NCBI GenBank assembly: GCA_965285935.1
Contig: OZ260667.1
Location: forward strand, 37,014,001 to 37,078,000
Reading direction: 5' to 3'
Source: Ophelia neglecta
Taxonomy: Eukaryota
DNA length: 64,000 nucleotides
Made by a program: the position numbers and the translations under genes. Below the pieces are notes generated by a model. It saw nothing but the letters and a program-made list of their open reading frames with translations. It was not told the DNA's origin and did no database searches. Shown here piece by piece: positions 15,001-28,555 of this stretch (the stretch's first letter is position 1; every line of letters begins with the position of its first letter).

Positions 15001-16080
15001 CAGATTGCAATTTCCATGATAATAAGGGGGTTATTAGTAAAAGTGATTGCACAATATGAGATAAACAGTGTAAAAGTGTTCTTTGACTATTTACATGCCT
15101 TGCACTCCCCATGCCATAAACAAATCCCAATTATCACTTGCTGCTTGGAGACCTAATGAAATTAACACAAGTCCTGATTTATGGAGTAAAGTCTTGCTGA
15201 CAGACAGAGCACAGCTATTTCATCCAGTTGACAGTGTCACACACAATGGATTGCCACGCTGGCATTTCATATCGAAGTAAAGGCACAGAGCTGAGCAGCA
15301 CAACCCTGAATAGCGATGACAGGAAATCTTGTCATACAAAATATATCACGGATACGTGAGCTTTCAATATAGACATCAGGTTTCAATATAGGTGTAATAC
15401 ATCAAATTGGTTGATGTGTGCCAGTTACACTTGGTACAATATTCCACCATACCCAGGCCAGGCTCTTTGTCTCTAGGCACATTCTCCTTAACACCCATCC
15501 CTACAGTCTCATCTCATAACTCAACTTCTATCTTAATTACCAAATATAGAGCTAGTGAAAATATTGCAGCAGTGTCAGGCTGCCAGGTCACAAAACAATC
15601 ATACATGGAGAACAACAAAACAAGCTTTCAGTCCAAAGATGTTGTGACAACACGTGGGGAAATGGCCAATGGATTGGAATGGCCGGGCACAGGTGTTAGC
15701 CTTGCTATCCTTCCCATCCAAGCTTTCAGTCTAAATCCATCTACTTTCTGATGGATTTTCACCTGTGCATTAGCAGCTTCCATCCTGGTTCATTCAGCCA
15801 ATAAGAAACAAAAGATTTTCTGGTGCTGAATGTGCTGTTATGAGTGGTGAGATTTCCACCAGATGTGTGGAAAACCATGCGGAATAGATACTCAACAGAA
15901 GGGAGCTTTGACACAGGACATATTTACACTCAACCGATCATTTTCAAGCATGATAAAGAGGTTGCCATGACCAAACTAACTTAGCCAGAAACCCCCCACC
16001 TGAACAGGCCACAATCATATAAATGCAGTCTTATTTATTGCGCTGCTGCAAAGCTAGCAGAGTCTTAAATTATTTCTTAC

Positions 16081-16170
16081 CTTTCCGAACTGTTCAAAGT
16101 AGGCCTTGACATCTTCCACAGTGGTAGATGCGGAGAGACCTCCAACAAATATCTTCTTGGTGCGGGTAAT
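16081..16170 (-). CDS. msi: Musashi exon 6: [30 protein letters not shown] (RRM2 N-terminal part)
   Basis: Acceptor atttcattacag, 90 nt, donor AAG|gtaaga. Contains the RNP2 motif IFVGGL. Confidence 0.96.
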
Positions 16171-19100
16171 CTGTAATGAAATAACACAGATGTTTATCAT
16201 AACATAATAATCACAATGTGTCACATTTCATCCAACATTTTTCACATCATATATTTACTAGTATATAAATCATTCCCTTTTTTACTAGTTTTTAGTTAAT
16301 AGAACAGTGAATACAAGTGCTTACATTCACAGATTTTTATTTTGTATGGTATAATTATCACACAAGATGTCTCCAATGATATGGATAACAGTTTTCTTTG
16401 GGCCCAAAATTAGGCAGGTCATATAGACGCCTGCATGCTTTAAGTAATTTATTTTGCACATAGGAGGTTACCTTGGTACATATGACTGTATTGTGTCTGA
16501 TGGTGCACATAGGAGGTATTATTTCTTTGATATTGCACACAATAGGTTTTGCCCGTATACAAGGTTCAAAACTGATGGACATATTACAGACTGAATAAAA
16601 AAAGAATTCAGTCACTAGAAGGCACCACTTAGTGAACTACCAGTTGTTAACCATATGAAAAATCTCAATTTAGCCAAATATGCACACAGGAGGAAGTTAC
16701 CAGACAGCCATGTAATAAGCTTTAATAAGATGTACTCATAAATAGTCAAAACTAATTGAAAATCAAACAAATAAAAGAAAATAAGTCTTTTATTCTGGGC
16801 ACAATCTTTCGCCTTCAGGAAATATATATAAGCGGGACTAAATTTCTTCATAGACAAACTCATGCCAGCATTCAAAATTCATGCACCATCGGAGCATCAG
16901 TCAAAGCGAAAACGAGGGCACCTTCTTTTATGATAGCACAATATTCAAATGCAGTGTTTGTCCCCCACCAAAAATCATAGTTCAGTAGACCTGCCATGTT
17001 GGCTGCCCAACCGGACTCTCTCACTGAACTGCTCAAGCCAAAGTGTATACAATGTGCCCTGTGATTGGTTATCTTTCTTCATCTTGGCAAATCACATCAA
17101 GCCTTTCTCATGTCATTGGTTTACAGACTGCATATGGCCCACACAGCAAGGAAGTAGTGAATATTGAGCAAATAAGTCTGTGTTGTGTTATCTGGTCATT
17201 GTCTATCACTTGGGACCAATATTGACAGCCAGTTGGGATGTTTAAAAAATGCCTTTTTTACCATAGTGTACCTACGGTCACTCTGTATGAGAAAATAATG
17301 GGGTCCCTTATTAGAGTGCAAGGGAGACCTCTGCTAGAGACTGAATAATATGTTAATCTTAAAATATCTGGAAATAGTGTCACAGCATTTGATTTTGGTT
17401 AATTCGCAAAATAAATGTACCACCAAATTGAAGACTTTTACATCATGCAAATAATCAACATGTCCTATTGACATTATCTCCCAATTGTCTGTACATTATT
17501 CCTCTAATAATTATATATGTTGGAATAATTGAGGATATTACCCATTATGTATCGGAAATCACATCAGGGTTTTCACCAAGTGTTTCTCTAAAAAGCGAGC
17601 ACTGCACGAAGCACACACACCTGCAGTGTACAGGCACTAGAAGGAAGTCAACAGAATTGTGTATATTTGACAAATATTCAATCAAATCCAAAAGAAGAAT
17701 CAACCCAATGAATACTTAATGACACATTAATGACTTGAATGCTTATGGGGCATAAATTTATATCCTTGACTTTCGACACAACATGGGTCAGATCATCTGA
17801 TGACACTGGCCCAGCATGCCAGATAGGAGCTATGCAATGCACTGGCTCACATGGGAGCTTTACAGAACATACATCCCCGTTTATTACTCTCATAACCAAG
17901 AGAAAATTCATCCATTTATACCTCCAATAAACCACTACAGATCCATAAACGACCTAACTTGTCACTAAGAGGACAAATACATGCCAAATACTGATTAGGA
18001 CCTGGTCTACTGTTAGAGTATTAGGTCATAGCTTTAGCCTGGCAATGTAAATTTGGAATACAAACAGCAGGACAGCATTGGCACATGTACCAGTTGTGTC
18101 CTGTAATGACATCAGGACATTCAGGGGATTCAAAGCCAGCCCCAGAAAAGTATCATCCATTTACATGACAATTTATATAGTTGCCTGTTGAAATGCTGGG
18201 GATTGAGGGTAGCCTTTGCCCCTAACCAAATAAATGACTTGTACTTGAGACAACTGCTTGACATGATAGATAAATCAAGCAAACATTCATTTCCTGCTTA
18301 CAAGTAAGTATGAAACAAACACATTGGAGTTAGACATGCCCTTGTGTGTTCAAGGCATTCTGGCTACAGGTTTTAAATATCAGAACTAGTAGATCACATA
18401 GGACAAGATTAACTTCCTACAAATCTTATCACCAGGAAGCTAACAATACAGGTGGAGATTTCTAATCAACACCAGATCCTGTTATAGTCTACCACTCCTA
18501 TAAGGATGAAACCATTCTCTTTTTTTAGGCAAAAATGATGTTAAAATAACATCAATGCCTGACATCACATTCTTAGCAGGAGAACATTCCAGCTCCATAG
18601 TTACCACTGACTACATAAATGATTGGAGTTCCCTCTCAGACGGGCCAGCCTCAAGTGATGTTCCATGAATTGTGATCAATCAAAAGTCAGTACGGACCAG
18701 GACGTACACCATTGGTTATATCATAGCCGAGGTCTGGGGCAGAGTTGGTGGATATTCAATACAAAGCCAACTGTATTATGGATGGACCTTTTAGGCTGCT
18801 GTCTGCATCGGAGGCAGACTTGTACCTGCCAGGGAAGGCAGGGAGAAGGAAGTGAAGTATCAGACACAGCTGATATGTCGCTCCTCATCATTAAATGCCA
18901 TCCAACCCCCTAGAAGAGCACAGCAGCCAGCCTCAGAAGGCCAAGCAGGCCTATTGTCTTACACCCCCTACTTTTATCCTATAACATATTCATTATGGCC
19001 ATCCTGACATTCACAGGTTTTTCCAGGAACGGTGTTAAATTTTACACAGAGTCATAAACAAGCTGAGGTCAACTACTTCCAGCCAAAAAGACTGTAGTTA

Positions 19101-22100
19101 ATGTGTGTTTATTAATCTAGACAGTGTCACAGGACTTCACATTGTTCTCGGATGAAGGGCACACTCAGCCCAGCCACATTACTATTTAACAGTGGCCCCA
19201 CAATACATTCACCTTCCCTGTATTCAGCCACCTTCCCTTTATTCACCAACAGTGTCATGTGGTTACAATGGCCTATTTGCTTAATTCCCTGGAATCAATC
19301 AGTACTCTGTATATTATCTACATCACGCATTAATAAATTATTCATTTGGATGAGACAGCTGTGTGTTTTACAAAATCAGCCAGTGCCAGAGAAATTGAAG
19401 GCCTGTCTCACTTCACAGTTGTGTCTTCATCCGGCTGATATTGAGGTAATTTCTAGGCCAAATACAGCCTGGCTGTGCAGTCCCTTATTCAGCCAGTCAG
19501 CCAGGGCCTCCAACTAAGGCCTGCTGGAAGAGGCAGCAATTATAATTCTCGGCCCAGCCTTTATCCCTGTCTTTGTGTGGAGACAATGATCCTTTTGTTT
19601 TAGAACCCATTGCAGTAAGTGGCATAATCATGTTCTTTTGTTTGGTGTGATTGTACAACAGCCCTGGTATCAAATTGTTATTAGAGCAATTGGTATTTGC
19701 TAGCAGTGAGTGTGGTTTAATGTTTGCCCTCTTTCCAGGCATTTCCTACTAGCAGGACTTAGATGGCCAAGCCCTATGGAAGCCAGCCATAGCAGGGGCA
19801 TTGGCACCGACATTCATTATGTGCTGTGGCCATGGCAGCAGACAAACTCCTCTATTATCGTCCACCTCCACTCACCCAGACAAATGGCCGACCCACCTCA
19901 AATTTAATGTCACTGCAGCTAACTGGCAATAACAGACTAACATGTACCGCTAAAAGACGTGAAAAAACCTGGTGAAGAAAATCATCGGTACAAGATTAAT
20001 TTAGTCAAACAGGCAATTTTTTTATCTCCTGCTGAGAACAATGCGATTTCAAATGCTCATGATAAGCACAGTTTGCTGTGACAGTGGGGTGTGAAAATCA
20101 ATAGAATACCCAGATATTACCGTCCCTTTATCAGTTAGATGGCCTAGTGCATGGGGGAGGAAGCCAAAAATAAACAAGGAGAAGAGAGGAGGAGAAATAT
20201 GGGCGGTTCCTTTATCATGTGACAGCTCTCCAAGTTGATGATAAAGTAATTGTTTAAAGGACCTAGAAAAAAGATAAAGCACAACAAGATTGGGGTGGTG
20301 CATACACAAGTGTACATTGGACTAAACGCTTCTGAATCACAATACTACATTACATACATACATGTGTAGGTGTGTAGAGGTACAGTTTCCTCCTACAGGT
20401 ATAACCTGTGCCATGGGAATTTAGTTCAGAATAGCAATTTACATGCTCCTTCATTTACATTACAACCTAAGTAAATACACAATTTAGGGAAAATCTTCAG
20501 ACAAAGCTTCAGAACACGTTAGCCCATGCCTGATAAAGGACCAATGTAAACTTGAACTACACATTAAGCAAGCTGTCCGCCTATATGCCTGGTTACTTGG
20601 CGAACGATTATTTACTCTGTTCACACATAATACTTTCAAACAAGACCTATGAAAGAGCACTAAGTTTCTCACTTCATTCACTAGCACAAAGGCCCTGCCC
20701 TGATTAAATACGTTAATTGACATATATTTTTCATTTCTTAGAATTTAGAATGGAAAGCAGACCCCCGAGTGTGGACTCTAACGGTGATATTCTATCCCAG
20801 ACTAAGATGACCCACAAGGTCTTATTCATGTACATAAAAGGAAGTATACACAAGTTTCTATGTACACAACTGCACTTTAAATCACCACTTCCTCCAGACA
20901 AAAGAAATAGTCTGCCCCTTGAAAGCACCATCCAACCTATTTTTTCTTTGTCAATACACCCCAGACATTTCTTTTCATTATCCACTCTAGGTGAAAGGAT
21001 AATGAAAGGTGTTAAAGTTTGCGTACAAATTTGTACTGGATGTAATGGCAAGGCCTGGCAATAATCAAAAGCTAGGGCGGTATGGGACTTGTACAGCCTG
21101 CAGTGAAAACCATTCAGTGAAAAGAATGCCTGGTGAATTCTAAGACCAGACAGCTAGAACAAGTTTATTAGACAGTCTGGATCAAGTCCAAACCCACCAC
21201 CACAGGTCATCAACTTTATTTTCCCCCACAACAAGCTTTAGATAACCAATCATACATCTGAGATGTGCTTCAACATCTATTGAACATTAATTTATGTTTT
21301 ATTGACGTCCCACGTGTTTAGCCAGAATGCTTAAGTGGAAGTTTCCTGACAACAGAAAATGGCTAAATCTAATCAGCATGTTCTGAACTTGGTCACTGAC
21401 AGGTAGAACTGGCTATAGAGTTCTCAGTTGGAAATCCCACAAGACTAATTGCCCCTTTCAAAAAGTAAACAACAAAAATATATTGGTGACTTAGAAACGT
21501 CATGTCGCACAACAAGAAAGCAGGATCACTTCTAAGGGAAAACTCTCTTTCGGCAAGTAAGGGAGGGAATTTATTGAAATCCTCACATAATACTGGTGAA
21601 TATAAATTTGTCATACAAGCTGGTCCTCAATGAAAGGCCCTGTGATTTGGTCTGAGAATATATTGACATAAGCTTGGGATTCCCAATTGGCTCGACAACA
21701 AAAGTGGCTGGTTGTGCAAGCCTGTGTCCTGGGGACGGCACACAGAACATGCCCTTACATATCGCACTGGGCCTGTATAGAGAAAACGATTTCCACCTCC
21801 CACCACACTGGACAAGCTTGTACAAGCATCCGACAAGACTTTGCCAAAGAAATATGATATGGAGAATACAGGCTGGGTGAGGATGTTAGGCGGCACCACT
21901 GCTAACAGCATTTATAGAAAGATATAAATATATATAGATAATGCCACAGCTTTAGTTTGAAGGTAAAGCACACCACTAGCCGAGGAAAACAGCTGTATAA
22001 CGTTACCTTAATTGACAAATGCAATCGATAAAATTCACAATGGGATAAAATTCACAAAGGGCGTTGGGAAGGGTTAACACAAGTGGTAGTTTTTATTGTA

Positions 22101-25100
22101 TATTGTGTAGGACTATGCCAGGTTTGGTTGAGGTTGAACATGGAGGGTAGAGTGGGTACAGATGTAAACCTCTAATCTAGATCCTCCTGCTCCTGACCTC
22201 ACGCTTCTATAGATCATTTAATTTGGTCTCCAGCTCTGTCAAATGTCCATCAGGACGAGTTTCATTTACACCTACAATCATTCCAATTTAATTTGCACAG
22301 AAGCCACAGTCTTACATCCCAAGATACAAAGGAGGGAAACATTTATGAAGAGAACTTTTTTTCCTTCTGTCAACTTTTATATTAGCAGTGACATCATAAC
22401 GAATTACCAAGGATATTAGTCAAGGTACAACATTCCATTCACAAAGCCAGACACTTGTGCTTGGCCTACAACTTACCTGGGCTACAATATTCATGAAGAA
22501 GGCGGTTTTTGCACACTTCTTTTTTATGCATCATCACTCACTGACGTGTGGAAAGGGCAATGGGTGCATTTAAACCACCGTTATACACATACATTACGCA
22601 GGAAAGCAAAAATCTCTCAGAGCAGCTTTTTTTAACTCCCAGTGAGAGAAATGAAATACCCACAACATATAGCGGCCAAGTTTAGAGGTCTTGCCCTATA
22701 GCTGAACAGCCATGCTGTTCAGCTCAAATAAGCGAACATTATAGAAAAGGTCCTCATAAATGTTCAGTTAACAAATTGCAGTGATTTCACCAGGAAACCC
22801 TAAAGATTGGACCAAGAATGCTGCCGAGAGCTCTGCTATACTGAGCATCCGAGAGTTTAGCCGGCTAAAAGTATACGCATCAGGCTCGGCCAACCCATGC
22901 CGCCGACATTGACAGGGACAACAGGGTACTATTTTCAAATCTGCAGAACATATCAAGCTATACACAGGTCACTGCCACAGCAGGCGGTTTAATCAGGAGA
23001 GGTCAGCTCACTTCCCTGGCTTCCTCTGCCATCACTCAGTCAACAGCATCACTTGCCCATGCACATAAATTTGGAAAGGCCTCCTGCCTAACATGTGCCC
23101 ACATGCAATATCAGGCCAACAAACAATCACAAGGCATAGATAATGTAATGCACAGCATACACCATAGATTGATCCTCGCAGGGGGTACAAGAAGTATATC
23201 TTGTTGATCTGGTAGACTACAGCCAGTGAACAGCGAGGCCAATAGTTGAGCAGACATATCCATCCCAGGAGAGAGAGATCAGATATTCAATAGGTTACTG
23301 GCCAAAATAGCACTAAATAAAAATAAGGGCTGGACTATACTTGGGTTGATTTACGAAGAAAACAAGAAACACATGTGGTGTATCTAATCAGGGTGGAGGG
23401 AGCCTCATTTGGCTCACTCTACATAGGAGCTCAGATTCTCCAGCCAGGCACAGCTCGGCACTGGTAACAACCTAGGTGTTGGACAACAAAAGAAACTGTA
23501 TGCCAGCCATGTCAGTATTCTCTAACCTCCTATATAAATACTACAGCTTGGATGGAACCCTGCTCTCCCCACAAAGCTCCAACCTAATGATATCACTGCC
23601 TATCTGCTTCATGTGCAATGTATATTTGGGAGGCAAAACCTGAATAGAAAGTCTAAGAATCACAAACGGGCTGGCTAGTGACCAGACATCTAGCCAGAGG
23701 ATGATAAAGTATTCTGGAACAAATCAAACAAACCTCACAACTGGACAATAAAAAACAAAAAGGAGAAACACAAATCTGTCCGATATATAACCTCCTAAGT
23801 TATCAGCCAATTACTATGTGCAAGGGGCTGCCCAGCACACACGCCCTGGTCAGCCCGTTACCTCAGGTTACAAATACTGCTTCTCGCTGGCATCAAGCAA
23901 ACCAATGTCAGAACATATTAGAAACGCCAGCTGAAAGCCTTCAGGATCACATGATAAAAGGCAGCTCTGTATAATAACCATCTCCATCCCTGAGAATGCC
24001 TGCCAGCCATCTCCGTGTACCTCTACATCAGAGTTCTGACAGCCAAATCAAGGCAGAATGGCTTCTGCGGGCACAGAATATAGCCAGGCCCACATAAGCG
24101 AACAGCCACAACAATCCTTCTAATGAAACCTACCAAAGAACGTGTAATTTCTTTCAACATCCGCCTCACCCTAAGCCAACCTATTGTGCTAAAGAGCCAT
24201 TACAGAATGTTGTTATTTCCTGGGCCTTGTCTGAAAAAAGGAAACCGCCCAATCCCCTTACTTGATGCCTCAGGTAGAACAGACTAAATACCTGGAGAAA
24301 AGACAGACAGATAATCAAGAATATTTCTAGAAGGCTGACTGCTGGAAGCCATTTGCTGTCAAACTAGGCTTAATCTCAGACACAGAACACATGATTCACG
24401 GCAATCTCATATTGTCAGATGACTATACACTGTCAGAAATACTTTCAAACCGCCTCCATAAGCCTTAGCCTGAAAAGCTGGCAGTTATGTAACCACCCCT
24501 TACCTAGAAGCCTTTAGACAGTGCAGACAGACAAAATCAGATGGATGTATTAGTCAATTACATTTGAAAAAGCAATTGCTGGCAATGTTTTTGATTGTTT
24601 TATGTTATGAATGTTCTTACTGGCAGTGCAAGCATTGTCTGTGTGGACTACCCGCTGACTAGATTGCCAGTCAACACAGTACTAGTATATTACAGCATGT
24701 GACTACAACCACTACCACAGTGGTGCTGCATGGCTGACTTTGTTACTGCCATATCTTTGTGCAGATGTCTTAAATTGCTTCTAACCCCTGTGTAGGCTAG
24801 ACGATATGTGACCATGTGACCGTACCCCTAGGTGAACTAAGTGATGTCACTGCGTGGAAAAGAAACATTTTCTTAGGCCAATGTTCAGTGTAGGCCTATA
24901 CATTGTCAGACCATTTCAAACTTCTACTTTTCTTTGACTAATATCAGATTCACTTTTTCCTGGGTTAAACAGAACCATAATACTCCTTCTTATATTGTGT
25001 AAGATAATGTTAAGCCATCAGTTTGCTGTGATACATAGGTTTTTGTGGCTAGGCCGGGCTGGCATGCTAACAGCTAGTCATCATTATCAAGGCCGGCTGC

Positions 25101-26019
25101 AGTACAACACAATGTTTTACAGTTGGTCCACCCTCTTCAAAACTACACCACTACCACCACCATCTAATGGTCCCAACATCTCAAGTTAGTCTACTAAATA
25201 TCAACCATCTTAATGTCTATCACACAGCTGAGCCTACAGACTCCGTGACCCACTAGCTCCAGTAGGACCAGGATCTGTCGTCTAGCTTGACCCAGTCTGT
25301 CAGCTGGAGCTCCTTCAGTAGAAAATACAGGGCAGATCAAAGCACCGGACAGATCACCGCACAGTTTTCCTTATTACATTATAACACACAAAGAGCCCAA
25401 TCCAAACTATCATGTCTGCGTGAGTGGCAAGCAAGTTGTGACACAAACGCAAGCCATCTAATCTACCACAAAAAGACAAGTCAATGGAGAAGTGTTCAGT
25501 GTACTAGGTAGCATTGGACTGGATTAAGCTATGGAATATCAAGTGAGTAGTGCTTAAGGCAATTGCGTGGATTGACTTAGTTACTGAGGAGAAATACCAC
25601 AACAATACATGTGGCTTAATCTAAATAAACGTCACTGTGATTCACTAATCAAGCGCTGGCAGATTTTATCATTGTGTATCGGCCTATAGGATCAGGATTG
25701 CATTTCCTTACAAGTAAGAAATGCTGGAATAGCCGCCCGACCACACAATGCTGAAGGTGCCATTGCCTGACTTCCTCTATCCTCCTGTGTCAAGAATGCA
25801 TAGGCACTACTTTGCATAAATCAATGGTCTTAATTTTATGCATATCCCAATTTTCAATTGGGCCCACTTGCATGCCATGTTGAGTATGTTGGGTATATTG
25901 ATGTGCTGTGGTGGGGACAAGGTGGGCTCATTGTACAGCCTGGGGTGGGTAAGATACAAGGAGCAGCCAATCGATAGCTTTCTCAAGATCAATAGTTTGT
26001 ATCACTATGTATTGGAAGG

Positions 26020-26200
26020 CCAGTAGGAGGCCGCCAGCTCCTGTTGTCCTTCTCCCAGCCACCATACAATCTGCAAGTTTTGTCCATCGCCACTACCCCC
26101 CTTGCACGCTTCCATGATTTCCTACATTTACCAGGGACAGTGGTATCTTTAGGATCCTCCAATATCGCTGCCTCTCTTGTCCTCTTAACATGCTCATTGA
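26020..26200 (-). mobile_element. Possible decayed RTE-type LINE, C-terminal fragment, in msi intron 5
   Basis: Translation EHVKRTREAAILEDPKDTTVPGKCRKSWKRARGVVAMD...EKDNRSWR resembles the RTE ORF end pattern GHV.R......V.GKR.RGRP...W...V..D.......DR..WR. Recognised by eye only. Confidence 0.35.
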
Positions 26201-26551
26201 TACAGGTGAAACCATAAAACAAGGCAACATTCCACAAACAGACATCCATTCACCAACAAAACACAATTATAAAATTTAATACAGTGTTTGCACATTCAGT
26301 CTGTGAAATTCCAGCAAACCAAATGAAAATCATATTTGTTACAGACTGACACACAAAATCCATTAAAACATCATTGACCATTCCTGGCTGTGAAAAGATA
26401 ATCCAAGGGTGGCTGCTGGATGGGAAGCAACGTGAAAGCAAAATCCATTTAAAAGCTTGTGACATCCAAAGAGGGTGGGTGAACAGGCAGGGCTATTCAG
26501 CACAAAATAATGAACTGAAACCAAATTGGATCCAAAACAAGCCCAGCTTAC

Positions 26552-26605
26552 CTTTGGCTGCGTGGCAGTATTTGGCCGCCTTGGAAAAGCCACCTTGGGG
26601 TCAAT
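26552..26605 (-). CDS. msi: Musashi exon 5: IDPKVAFPRRPNTATQPK (end of RRM1 plus linker)
   Basis: Acceptor ttttcctactttcag, 54 nt, donor AAG|gtaagc. Visible in track ORF 26363..26626. Confidence 0.95.
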
Positions 26606-27482
26606 CTGAAAGTAGGAAAAGTACATTATTTTATGTGGTCGATGATGGGTCAGTATAAGGCAGTCAATCAGTGTTAACTTGAGCTGGAGAGATGCACGTT
26701 TTCAGGCTTTTTGACAAGGCTGGGACAACAAAAGGATTGTGTGTGCTTAAAGGGGGCTGCCCCACCAGTGACACAGGATTCAAAGCCAGTCATGTGCTAT
26801 TTTCATTTAATTCATAGCAGCTCTATGCATCCTTTCACATACAATGTAATATGCCAATTACAATAACTACACTATGATTTGTTTTGCACCAACGGGTTTG
26901 TGGTGATGAGAGTGGTTAGTACATTGTCTGGCGTCCCCTTATATAACTTCGGTGACCCCCCCCCCCCCTTAGCTCCCATCCGGTTTAACAAATATTTGAA
27001 TAGCACACAAGAGCAGCTGATGTTCTCTGAAGGCAACTTCTACACTTCATTATAGGGCAACTAGCATGAGCCTGATTTAGTACAATCTCTATGTTTGGTT
27101 TTCACTACCCAATCACACAATACGGATACTAAATTTAACACAACTGGTGATTACACATAGAGGCTGGCACTGTTATACGTTCACTTTACACAAGTAGTGT
27201 TGGGCTGGGTCATATCACAGCGAGGGGTTATTGCACATAGACAGACCTATTTCTACATGACACAGGTCACAGGGATAATCTCACTAAGTAACATTTATAT
27301 TATACAAACACCCTACAGAGCTACATGGTTCAGCCAGGAAACCATGGAACACTGTCTGGATACACCAAAATTCAATGTACTACATGCCCAAAACTTGTGG
27401 TACAAAGCACGTTACTATGTTAAATATATTAAAAATCAACAGAATGATATTTAGTTAAAGCTAGAGAGAATAAGCGTCCTAC

Positions 27483-27567
27483 CACTTTGGAATCTAATTC
27501 GTGAGGTCCGTTAGCTAAAACCTTGTCTACACTAGCCGGATCGCTGTACGTAACAAATCCAAACCCC
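27483..27567 (-). CDS. msi: Musashi exon 4: [28 protein letters not shown] (RRM1 RNP1)
   Basis: Acceptor tgtttcatttcag, 85 nt, donor GTG|gtagga. Confidence 0.96.
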
Positions 27568-28131
27568 CTGAAATGAAACAAACATCAAGCATTTTACTGG
27601 ATTTGAGGAGTCCCAACACAGAGCAAACTGACAAGCATTAAATAATCAAAGCTTTGCCTCATAGTTCTACTTGTCCATAATCCGGGGCACCAGCCACCGC
27701 TTACGCAACTAGGGACGTGGATATTTACTGGGGAGTCTACGAGTTCGGATTCCGGGCAATGGGCCTGGTGAATGGCGCCCCGCTTTATGGACGGCTAGTG
27801 ATTACGGGCAAGACTGCTGATAGATGGTTATGTACATTCTATCACACCGACACAATATTCTACGATGCTAGCCTGGGAAAGTACAACTAGGGCAGCGTAT
27901 TGAAGCAAATACTCTCGGCCACAGACTAGAATATATATTACTTGGTGAAGAGCGGGGCTGTTTAGAGTAACATCGGTATGCCAACGAAATAAACAGCTAT
28001 CCGTCAAAATCAATGGCGAATACGGTACACATGCAAGTCCGAAGCAGCGCAGGACTGGAACCGGCTTGTGCTCGAAATGTCAAAATCACCGTATACAAGA
28101 CAAGCGAAAAGACCAAGGTCACAACACCTAC

Positions 28132-28213
28132 CTGGATCTCTTTGTGATTGGATCCCTCATCACCATGCAGTCGGAGATCTCCCCGTACTTGCCGAAGTAT
28201 TCGCGGAGTCCCT
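28132..28213 (-). CDS. msi: Musashi exon 3: [28 protein letters not shown]
   Basis: Acceptor ctctgctttcag, 82 nt, donor CAG|gtaggt. Visible in track ORF 28128..28316. Confidence 0.96.
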
Positions 28214-28386
28214 CTGAAAGCAGAGAACAGCGCAGCGTCAGAGACTGAGGCCTATCCCGGCCACCATCTTGGAAATGTATAGGATATTCCAGCGAGCTTT
28301 TCGGCGTGAATTCCACCTTCTAAGACGTTAACACGCCGATCTTTAGTAATGTTTCATTTAGAATCGAACATAGAAAGCTATCTTAC

Positions 28387-28427
28387 CTGGTGTCGTCTGC
28401 CAGCTAAGGCCGCCGACGAACATTTTT
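28387..28427 (-). CDS. msi: Musashi exon 2: KMFVGGLSWQTTP (RRM1 RNP2)
   Basis: Acceptor tttctctttgcag, 41 nt, donor CAG|gtaaga. Confidence 0.96.
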
Positions 28428-28555
28428 CTGCAAAGAGAAACAAAACAAAGCGGCGGTTAGGCGCCATTTTAGGCTGCTCGCTGACCTAGAAGTGGCCAGG
28501 CTAAGGTGCTGAATAAAACAGAGCAAAAAAATGGTGAATTCGTAAGCTTACTCAC

